A DNA stretch of 15,492 bases, from contig NJBF01000056.1 in the NCBI GenBank assembly GCA_003144275.1, forward strand, positions 1 to 15,492, written 5' to 3'. The position numbers and the translations under genes are program-made. Within the stretch, counting starts at the first letter, position 1. Each line of letters begins with the position of its first letter. Under the pieces are notes generated by a model. The model was not told the origin of the DNA. It saw only the letters and a list, made by a program, of their open reading frames with translations, and made no database searches. Positions 7,826 to 15,205 of this stretch are shown here, in pieces. The DNA comes from Candidatus Heimdallarchaeota archaeon B3_Heim. Its GTDB lineage: Archaea; Asgardarchaeota; Heimdallarchaeia; Hodarchaeales; Hodarchaeaceae.

Positions 7826-9688
7826 CTAGTTTACCTCCTCCAGAAGAGATTTTTCGTCCAAATTAAAACGTTTGACAAAGATCTTTCGATATTCTTCGGA
7901 GGTCTTCAAAAGATTTTCATGAGACCCTTTCGCAATTATTTGCCCTTTCCTCATGACAAGAATTAAATCCGCCCAACGGATCTGGCTCAATCGATGTGTA
8001 ATTAGAAAAGTTGTTCGTCCATAGAGAATTCGTCTCATAGCTTTCTGAATTTTGTCTTCTGTATCACTGTCGATTGCGCTGGTTGAATCGTCTAAAATAA
8101 GTATACGGGGATCAGTAAGAAAAGCTCGTGCGATCGCTATTCGTTGACGCTGTCCCCCACTTAGTTGGACTCCTCTTTCTCCAACTTCACTCTCATACTT
8201 TTGTGGAAGTTGTTCAATAAATTCATCAGCTTGTGCTTCTCTTGCCACACGTTGAATCTCTTCTATCTCACTCGTCCTTCCAAATGATATGTTTTCAGAT
8301 ATTTTATCAGAGAAGAGAAATGTATCTTGTTCAATATAAGAAATTTGACTTCTCAAGGAATCTAATTTCCAATCCCGTACATCTATATCATCTATTAATA
8401 TGCGTCCCTCGTTGGGGTCATATAATCGAGATAGAAACTTAGTAACTGTTGTTTTTCCGGATCCAGTTGTTCCAACGATTGCAACAGTTTGTCCTGGAGC
8501 AACCATGATATCAATCTTATTTAAGACCTTTTTATCAGATCCAGGGTAGATGAATGAGACGTTTTCAAAAACAACTTTCCCTGCGATTTTCTGTTCAATT
8601 CCTTCTAAGTTTTCATCGATCTCAGATTCTTTTGTCATAATATCGAGCAGTCGATCAGCTCCAGATATGGCCAATCGAATTAAGGCAAATACCCAAATTG
8701 ATATGAATGTTGGAAATCTGAGAGTCGAAATTAGTCCCACATATGAGATAATCGCTCCTACAGTCATTTTTCCATCGATGTACAAGATAATTCCATGACC
8801 TAGGGAAGCAGTGATTGCTAATCCGATTAGAAGAAGTGGAATATATCTAGCCATTATCCTTCCCTGATCTACAAAGGCATCTCTATAGCCTTTAGCATTA
8901 ATGAAATATCTATTTAGCTCATATTCTTCAGTTGTACTTCCTTTAACAACTTCGATTCCAGATAAGGTTTCATTGAGAACAGCATTCATCTGGCCGAATT
9001 CCGCTCTTAATCTGTTAGCCACTGGATCTAATTGTCTTGTATATCCTCTTAATGTTATGATAAAGAGAACAATAAAAATTAACGGAGTGGCTAGTAAGTC
9101 AATAGGATAGAAGATTGCTACAAACATAATGGGAATTACTAATCTCATAAAAGATTCAAATAAGAGCGATAAGCCTGGAGATACCATGAAATTCAACATT
9201 CTAACATCATTTGTCGCTCTTGCCATGATATCCCCAATACGCTGGGATTCGTGAAAGGATTGACTTTTACCCAATAAACTAACATAAAATTCTTGACGTG
9301 TGTCCCTTTCAATTCTCTGAGCCAGATTTTCCCTTGTTAAACTCATTAAGAGATTTAGTAAGGGTGATCCGACCGCGAAAATGAAGAAGAATATTGCATA
9401 GGATAACATATTAGAGCTATCACCGACAGAAAATTCGTCGATAGCCGTACCAATAAGTACCATCAAACCTGAACCGAGTAAGGATGAGATAATTGTACCA
9501 AAGAAGATTATGACAATAATAAATTTGTTTGGTCCAGCAAGAAGATGAGCAATGATCCATCTTCGAGAACTTGTCCGAACACGCGAAAATTTATCCTCTT
9601 CTGGGGAAAATTCTGTTTTTACGTTGTCATTCGCTGATTTTAATACTTCTTTCTGCATGTGACCCGATATCCTATCCTCTTCTATCAA
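7826..9688 (-). CDS. ABC exporter subunit (fused TMD-NBD) carrying the degenerate Walker B; start may be ATG 9658
   Basis: TMD; Walker A GTTGSGKT, signature LSGGQRQ, Walker B ILILDDSTSA (Asp replaces the catalytic Glu), H-loop ITHR. Confidence 0.95.
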   Translation of the reverse strand: MIEEDRISGHMQKEVLKSANDNVKTEFSPEEDKFSRVRTSSRRWIIAHLLAGPNKFIIVIIFFGTIISSLLGSGLMVLIGTAIDEFSVGDSSNMLSYAIFFFIFAVGSPLLNLLMSLTRENLAQRIERDTRQEFYVSLLGKSQSFHESQRIGDIMARATNDVRMLNFMVSPGLSLLFESFMRLVIPIMFVAIFYPIDLLATPLIFIVLFIITLRGYTRQLDPVANRLRAEFGQMNAVLNETLSGIEVVKGSTTEEYELNRYFINAKGYRDAFVDQGRIMARYIPLLLIGLAITASLGHGIILYIDGKMTVGAIISYVGLISTLRFPTFISIWVFALIRLAISGADRLLDIMTKESEIDENLEGIEQKIAGKVVFENVSFIYPGSDKKVLNKIDIMVAPGQTVAIVGTTGSGKTTVTKFLSRLYDPNEGRILIDDIDVRDWKLDSLRSQISYIEQDTFLFSDKISENISFGRTSEIEEIQRVAREAQADEFIEQLPQKYESEVGERGVQLSGGQRQRIAIARAFLTDPRILILDDSTSAIDSDTEDKIQKAMRRILYGRTTFLITHRLSQIRWADLILVMRKGQIIAKGSHENLLKTSEEYRKIFVKRFNLDEKSLLEEVN

Positions 9689-9941
9689 GAAAAAATCATT
9701 ATTACTTTCCTGAGTGTATAAACGAAGTTATGTGTCTCAAGGTAAGGTATCTGGAATTTTGATTTAAGCTAGAAAATACTTTCGTGTTATTAACATAATT
9801 ATTTGTGAATGAGGTTTAATATCCTTTTTGGATTATGTCTGATAGTAAGAAGGTAAATATACCTTACTAAAGATTATAGAAAATCTGTAACTATATAAAG
9901 GAAGAACCCCTTAATGTGTTAGAATAATAAAACTCTGAATG

Positions 9942-11015
9942 TTACGCTCTAGTGCTCTGGATAAACGGTCGGTGTTTTGCGTGTTCTATTTCCCATCTCT
10001 TTCGTTCTGAGCGTAATCGGAACAGGTCAACATCTTTGTAAATGATAGATTCCTCCTTGGGAGGAATATTTCTTTCCTGTTGTTCTCTCTCGGGGGTGAA
10101 TATAAACGAGTTTCCAATTTCTGCGATATTTGCAAAGAAACAGTAAGCAAAAATTGATCTTCTGGCGTCAAAGTGAACAGCTTTAAAATCTTCGGTAACT
10201 GGTGTAAATGCAGGGTTGAACACCAAATCTACGGGAGGATCAGCATTTTTAAGTTCTACACGTAGGTCCATATCTAAGAAGTCTCGGCAAATGACAATGG
10301 CCATTGTCCCATACTCCGTTATCCCCACAATCGTCTCTCTTTGACCCGTTTCCACGTCTATTCCTTCCTTAAACCGTCTCCCTTGGTAATGGATTATTGC
10401 AGGAATATGTTTCTCTTGTTGCCAAAGGATTCCAGATGGGCCTATTACCAAGCTAATATTTCTCTGGGTTTCTTGGTCATGGTAGGATCCTGGAATTATA
10501 TACATCTTGTAGTTGTTGGCTAGTTCAATGATTTCTTCTAACAATTGATGATAATTCAGGTCAATGGCTAATTCAGGGAAAATAATGATCTTTGCTCCCT
10601 TCTTATTCGCCGTTGCTATCAGCTCTTTTACTCTCGTTCTTACTGTGGGTACTTTTTCTTTCTTGAGAAGAAATATGCCTTCCCTCTGTTCACTATAGAA
10701 CTCGTGTAATAGATCGCCTGATGTAGATTTACCGATTTGTGCGATTGCTACTCTAAAATTCGGTTTTTCTACTGTTGAGCTATCTTTCAAGAGATTTACA
10801 TACCTTAGGCGATACTTACGTTTGGGTAGGGCTTCGAATGGTATAGCAATATCTTTTGCTCTCACGGTATACTGCTTGACTTCCTCCTCTGTTATTTCAG
10901 GTCGTTCCTTCCCGACTCGGCTGATCAATTCTTCTAATCGTGTTAACTCGAGCCGTTCGTTTAATGGAGCTTTTTGTTTGACAAGAAACTTCCATTTCTC
11001 TATCTCTGTTTCTAG
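9942..11015 (-). CDS. Carbon-nitrogen hydrolase (nitrilase-superfamily) domain with N-terminal helical linker; probably the C-terminal part of the frameshifted TPR gene
   Basis: Intact Glu-Lys-Cys triad (IIFPEL, QEKHIP, VICRDF) and RVAIAQ first strand. The frame stays open 29 codons upstream of the track's TTG (10928), back to a TAA at 11016-11018, reading LETEIEKWKFLVKQKAPLNERLELTRLEEL. Confidence 0.88.
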   Translation of the reverse strand, partial: LETEIEKWKFLVKQKAPLNERLELTRLEELISRVGKERPEITEEEVKQYTVRAKDIAIPFEALPKRKYRLRYVNLLKDSSTVEKPNFRVAIAQIGKSTSGDLLHEFYSEQREGIFLLKKEKVPTVRTRVKELIATANKKGAKIIIFPELAIDLNYHQLLEEIIELANNYKMYIIPGSYHDQETQRNISLVIGPSGILWQQEKHIPAIIHYQGRRFKEGIDVETGQRETIVGITEYGTMAIVICRDFLDMDLRVELKNADPPVDLVFNPAFTPVTEDFKAVHFDARRSIFAYCFFANIAEIGNSFIFTPEREQQERNIPPKEESIIYKDVDLFRLRSERKRWEIEHAKHRPFIQSTRA

Positions 11016-12645
11016 TTAAGGTTTTTTCACTATAAATTTTGATTGCTAAATTTCGTAGGCCTCGTTCCTCCGCAGTTACTAATGCCTGTTCTAGTAGTTT
11101 CTGTGCTGTTTGTATATCCATTTCTAGAAGTGCCAGTTTGGATTGAAGGACGTATGTTTCCGTCAGTAGGGAATGAGACGCCTGCTGTTTTGCTATGTTA
11201 TGGAGTTTTTCTGTTAGATTTTTGACTTCAATAAGTATCTCTTCTTCTCCCGTCATCTTCAGTTCAAATAACAGTAAGTCACACAGATGGATCATTGCGG
11301 TAACAGTAAGTACGTGATCAACAATCTCGTCTTCCACTACCTCAATGAGAAGTTCTTCAGCTTTCATTTTATGGCGAGTTCGTTTGTGAGATTTCAATAT
11401 GAGAGCATTAGCAATTAGGTAGCGATGTTTCACTATTTGGTTTTCTATTCTCTCAGTAATCTGTCTGAGTTTTTCCAAATGTTCCTGTGCAAGTCCAAGT
11501 TCATTACTGTCAATAGCTAGCAATACAAGCTCATACAGGACCGTAGCTGCTGAGGAATCGTTTTTTAACTCCTCATACATGGCTAAGCTTCGTTCATAGT
11601 ATTTTAATGCCCACTCAGGATTTCTTTTCTTTCTGTACAATTCACCTATGTTCGTAAGTGACATGGCAACATCCTGCTTTATCCCTAGCTCTTCATATAG
11701 CGTGAGACTTTCTTGGTAGTATTCCAATGCGAGACTGAGGTTTCCTTTCAGCTGGTAGACGTCACCTAGGTTGTTTAGGGAGAGTGCAATTCCTTTTTTA
11801 TCTTTAATTTCCTCATAAATCTTCTGTCCTTCCTGGTAATGTTCAAATGCATTGGAAAGCTCTCCCTGCATCCTATAGACGGCACCTAAATTTATGAGAG
11901 TCAACGCTATGTCTGCCTTGTTTCCTAATTCCTGTCTAATTTTATGGGTTTTTTGAAAATATTTTAATGCTTGTTCCTGATCACCTATTGAGGAATAGGT
12001 AATTCCTATATTGTTTACCAATTTGGAAATACTCTCTTTATCCTCAAGACCTTCATAGATAGGTAAACTTTGCTGATAGTATTCTAATGCACATTTGAAT
12101 TCCCCTTTTGATTGATAAATAAGTCCTAAATTATTGAGCGAATCCGCAATCCCTTTTTTATCCTTTTCCTCTTCCGAAATTACTAAACTCTGCTCAAGGA
12201 ATGCAGCTGCATCGTCAAGCTTCCCCATATACCAGCAAATTATCCCCCTATTGCGTAGTAAATTTCTTTTTCTTTTTGTAAAAGCCTTTTTCTTTCCTCC
12301 TTCATTAAGTAACTTCTCCCCTTCTTGTACTGACTGGAGACCTTCCTCCAAATTCCCTAACCGCCAAGAAATCTCTGCTTTGAGTATGAATGTGTCTATT
12401 ACCTTCAATTGGTCTATCGTTTTTCGATCTAGTGATAAGATTTCTTCCACAATTACCCGAGCTTTTTGTAACTCCCCGATTTTGGTTCTTATTCGACTTT
12501 CGAACAACATACCAGTAACTTTGCCATCTGCGGTCAGTTTTTCTCTTGAAGAAATCGTTTCCAGTATTTCAAGAGCATTTTTATACTCCCCCTGTTTCAG
12601 TAGCATTTCTACCTGTTGTAAGATCTCTTGAGGGGTATTATTCAT
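10897..12645 (-). CDS. Tetratricopeptide-repeat protein (about 40-aa repeats); last ~39 aa appear out of frame. Track start is TTG 12660; ATG 12645 preferred
   Basis: Repeats such as IADSLNNLGLIYQSKGEFKCALEYYQQSLPIYEGLEDKES and IALSLNNLGDVYQLKGNLSLALEYYQESLTLYEELGIKQD. After ...IYSEKTL the reading becomes non-helical (TRNRDREMEVSCQ...) while the +1 frame continues as an amphipathic helix. Confidence 0.9.
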   Translation of the reverse strand: MNNTPQEILQQVEMLLKQGEYKNALEILETISSREKLTADGKVTGMLFESRIRTKIGELQKARVIVEEILSLDRKTIDQLKVIDTFILKAEISWRLGNLEEGLQSVQEGEKLLNEGGKKKAFTKRKRNLLRNRGIICWYMGKLDDAAAFLEQSLVISEEEKDKKGIADSLNNLGLIYQSKGEFKCALEYYQQSLPIYEGLEDKESISKLVNNIGITYSSIGDQEQALKYFQKTHKIRQELGNKADIALTLINLGAVYRMQGELSNAFEHYQEGQKIYEEIKDKKGIALSLNNLGDVYQLKGNLSLALEYYQESLTLYEELGIKQDVAMSLTNIGELYRKKRNPEWALKYYERSLAMYEELKNDSSAATVLYELVLLAIDSNELGLAQEHLEKLRQITERIENQIVKHRYLIANALILKSHKRTRHKMKAEELLIEVVEDEIVDHVLTVTAMIHLCDLLLFELKMTGEEEILIEVKNLTEKLHNIAKQQASHSLLTETYVLQSKLALLEMDIQTAQKLLEQALVTAEERGLRNLAIKIYSEKTLTRNRDREMEVSCQTKSSIKRTARVNTIRRIDQPSREGTT

Positions 12646-12724
12646 GTTTATTTCTTCCAAAACTTTCCGACAAGTATTTTACAGAGGAAGTGATTTAGTA
12701 CAGGTTTTTTTATCAATAGATAAG

Positions 12725-13204
12725 TCAGATTTTTCCATCTTTCGCCATGGCTAGACATTTTCTCATGGTATAGTTCAAAAAAATATCACAGGTTTGTTTC
12801 CATCCTTTTTGTATCATCCATTCTGATATCTCTTCCCCTTTTCGAAAATCGACCTTATTTAGAATTTTACAGTCTGTGCTTCCAAATTTTGTTAAAAATT
12901 CGGTATATAGTTCATTTACTGCCTGAATGGCTTTCTCTCTTTCATCATCATTTTCTTCTGGTATTCCTTTTGAATTTCGTCCACATTGAAGACCGATTCC
13001 GATAGTACTCCCAATTAGAAGGCCACACGTTGTAGTTCCTGATCCAATCGCTCCTAAATACCCTGCCGTTGCCCAAGAATTAGCATCGTATGGTAAATCC
13101 CATAATTCTAGCAATGCTTGAAGTGAGGCTTCTCCACACGTATATCGGTGCATCCTTTTGTATGCTCTTGTTAGAATATTATCAAAATTCTTTTGTTCAT
13201 CCAT
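12725..13204 (-). CDS. C_GCAxxG_C_C family putative redox-active protein, 159 aa
   Basis: YTCGEASLQA, AGYLGAIG...TTCGLLIG, FGSTDCK and TCDIF match the Cys pattern of this family. Confidence 0.85.
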   Translation of the reverse strand: MDEQKNFDNILTRAYKRMHRYTCGEASLQALLELWDLPYDANSWATAGYLGAIGSGTTTCGLLIGSTIGIGLQCGRNSKGIPEENDDEREKAIQAVNELYTEFLTKFGSTDCKILNKVDFRKGEEISEWMIQKGWKQTCDIFLNYTMRKCLAMAKDGKI

Positions 13205-13436
13205 TTTAATGCCACATTGGATTTTATTCTGAACTTAAGTTATTCTCAATCCCTATACATATCTTAATCACTTGTTTTCTGTTTCTTTATTTAATTTTTT
13301 ATTTGGTATACTAACCAAGTAGTATTCTGAAATTTTAGGAGATCACCGCGCAACATTCAAAGACAATTAATCGTTTCTCCTGAATCTGAAATAATTCTTA
13401 GGAATAATCCATCATCAAACTATAATGGCTCAATAG

Positions 13437-13745
13437 TTAAATTTCTGGATTATGATTCATTGCCCATCGATCGTCCCCTTCCCACGAATTGAATACTTCT
13501 CCAAATCCTTCAGCTCTAAATATTCTCTCTACTTCTCTTAAAATCAACTGTTGGCTTCTATAATCACCAGTTTCCAAGATTTTTAATAATAAGTTTATAA
13601 AATAATCAGAATTTAACGCTAATTTCTTTAGAGGATAGTTGGTTATTGCACATCTGTTATATAAAAATCAATCATTGGAGTGAGCCCTTTAAAATGCTTG
13701 TCAAAAGTAGTAATATCGAGATTTTCTTCAAAGAGCTGTACTAAG
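13437..13745 (-). pseudogene. Possible eroded coding remnant
   Basis: Open minus-strand frame 13667-13437 (76 codons, no ATG until the last 7 codons) reading ...PLKKLALNSDYFINLLLKILETGDYRSQQLILREVERIFRAEGFGEVFNSWEGDDRW..., with a protein-like fragment (VLVQLFEENLDITTFDKHFKGLTPMIDF) in another frame upstream. No family recognised. Confidence 0.25.
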
Positions 13746-13810
13746 ACCTAAAGGGAACAACCAGAAAATAAGAGACCTTTTTAATGGAAAAATTGAATAA
13801 AATTAGAAAA

Positions 13811-14578
13811 TTATTTCTGACCTATGAATATCCCTAAATTTAAAAACTGTGTATGTGTTTCTGACTGCCATTTCTTGAAATTTGACTTAGATAATAAAGT
13901 CTCCCAGAAATTTTTTGTTTTCCAAACAAATGCAAAATATAATAGTGCTAAATATAATCTTACATCCCTTAATATTTCAATGCTTACAAATTTTCCTCCT
14001 GGTTTCAGTACACGATGAATTTCATTTAATACAATTAATTTTTCTTTATCATCATGTATTTCATGAAGTACTGAACCTGCGGTAACTAAATCAAATGCAT
14101 TATCTGGGAATGGAATGTCGAGAACATTACCGTACTTAAATTCAACCTTATCTCGTACCCCTTCAATTTCTGCATTGTAATATGCTGTATCAGGGGAGCT
14201 ACCACTAACTCCACTGTAAATATCTATTCCCACAACATTTCCAGACACTAAATGTTTTGCTATATTGATGGAAACTCTTCCTGTACCACATCCTATATCT
14301 AGAACCTGCTCATCTCCTCTAAAATCTTTCAAAATATGTTTCCAAACATCTTTAATAGGATTAGTTCGAAGTATAGAATGATAGAGAGGAATATACAAAG
14401 CTCCGATATAAAGGCCAGTAATAGCGATAGGAAAAATTAACATGAAAATAATACTCTTTAAAGGATCTTCGATAAAAAAGGTAAACATCACGACTATTAA
14501 TCCTATTAAACCAACAATTGATATTCCAATAAAATATTTGATCGCAGTATAACCATAATTAGGTTTTTCAGAATTCAT
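13811..14578 (-). CDS. Class I SAM-dependent methyltransferase with two N-terminal TM helices, about 255 aa (track start 14626; ATG 14578 preferred)
   Basis: Motif I VLDIGCGTGR, VVGIDIY, GNVLDIPFPDNAFDLV, RVLKPGG; hydrophobic N-terminus; GGAG 9 nt before ATG 14578, which overlaps the end of the AbrB gene. Confidence 0.92.
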   Translation of the reverse strand: MNSEKPNYGYTAIKYFIGISIVGLIGLIVVMFTFFIEDPLKSIIFMLIFPIAITGLYIGALYIPLYHSILRTNPIKDVWKHILKDFRGDEQVLDIGCGTGRVSINIAKHLVSGNVVGIDIYSGVSGSSPDTAYYNAEIEGVRDKVEFKYGNVLDIPFPDNAFDLVTAGSVLHEIHDDKEKLIVLNEIHRVLKPGGKFVSIEILRDVRLYLALLYFAFVWKTKNFWETLLSKSNFKKWQSETHTQFLNLGIFIGQK

Positions 14579-14822
14579 TATTTTTTTCTCCTTGTTCATC
14601 CTGGTTTTCTCCCCCAAGAGCTCCAAGAGCTTTTAGAGCATAAGTTTTCAATCCTGATACCTTTGTGATAGCTATTCCTTTGTTAATATCTCCAGCGACA
14701 AACAATATATCACCTGAGCGTATATCGAATGTTTTTCTAGCATTTTTTGGAATAACGATCTGCCCACGCTCCCCAACTTTTACTGTTCCGAATATATACT
14801 TTCCTTTAGCAATTTCAGCCAT
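14568..14822 (-). CDS. AbrB/MazE/SpoVT-family DNA-binding protein, about 84 aa (alternative start ATG 14837)
   Basis: GTVKVGERGQIVIPKNARKTFDIRSGDILFV is the swapped-hairpin signature. Confidence 0.92.
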   Translation of the reverse strand: MAEIAKGKYIFGTVKVGERGQIVIPKNARKTFDIRSGDILFVAGDINKGIAITKVSGLKTYALKALGALGGENQDEQGEKNNEF

Positions 14823-14836
14823 TCTCTTACCAACCA

Positions 14837-14890
14837 TTAATTCATGTTTTTCATATTATTCATACTATTCATGTTTTTTATATTATTCTG
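14837..14890 (-). promoter_or_regulatory. Six 9-bp tandem repeats over the AbrB promoter, putative autoregulatory operator
   Basis: Minus strand: CAGAATAAT ATAAAAAAC ATGAATAGT ATGAATAAT ATGAAAAAC ATGAATTAA. Includes a 22-bp direct repeat with 27-bp period (14840-14861 vs 14867-14888, 21/22 identical) and a TATAAAA at 14882-14876. Confidence 0.7.
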
Positions 14891-15205
14891 TAGAAGCAAA
14901 ATTCTCTTTTACTGAGAATCAAAGCGAAGTAGAACTCAGAATGTATAGTACCAATAATTTCCTAGTTATGTTTTATCGTACCATATACGAAAAAGAAATA
15001 AGACATCTCGCAATCAAGTCCTTCAAGTAAAAACTAACAGGAACATGAATAGATTGACGACATTAAGAATGAAGGAGTTATATCCAAAGTTTTGCTTAAT
15101 ACATGAATTATGTTAAATATTCCTATACCAAGTTTTTTACGGAATATTTCGTTAGAGGGAACGACTTTTCATAGGAATCTTCCATTTTTATGTCTTTGTT
15201 CGTTG

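Noticed and set aside
6213-9762. Short plus-strand ORFs (6213, 7542, 8233, 8550, 8901, 9571)
   Set aside because: Antisense shadows of the ABC transporter genes.
11022-11027. A6 run (minus strand) as a programmed slippage site producing the fusion
   Set aside because: A +1 shift there lands on TAA (11018-11016) and a -1 shift meets TAG shortly after; neither reaches the nitrilase frame.
9986-12631. ORFs 9986-10171, 10341-10523, 10822-11019, 11043-11225 and 12134-12631
   Set aside because: Shadow or alternate-frame ORFs within the TPR-nitrilase gene.
14568-14837. AbrB/MazE protein as a type II antitoxin
   Set aside because: The downstream gene is a methyltransferase; no PIN/MazF/Doc toxin is adjacent.
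14837-14890. Repeat arrays here and at 277-316 and 555-590 as CRISPR arrays
   Set aside because: Units are too short, lack unique 30-40-bp spacers, and no cas genes are present.
14901-14994. Short hairpins (ATTCTC/GAGAAT; TCGTA/TACGA)
   Set aside because: 5-6-bp stems are expected by chance in AT-rich DNA.
13824-15030. ORFs 13824-14018 and 14665-15030 (+)
   Set aside because: Antisense to the methyltransferase/AbrB genes; the 3' part (MYSTNNF...) has no motif or SD support.
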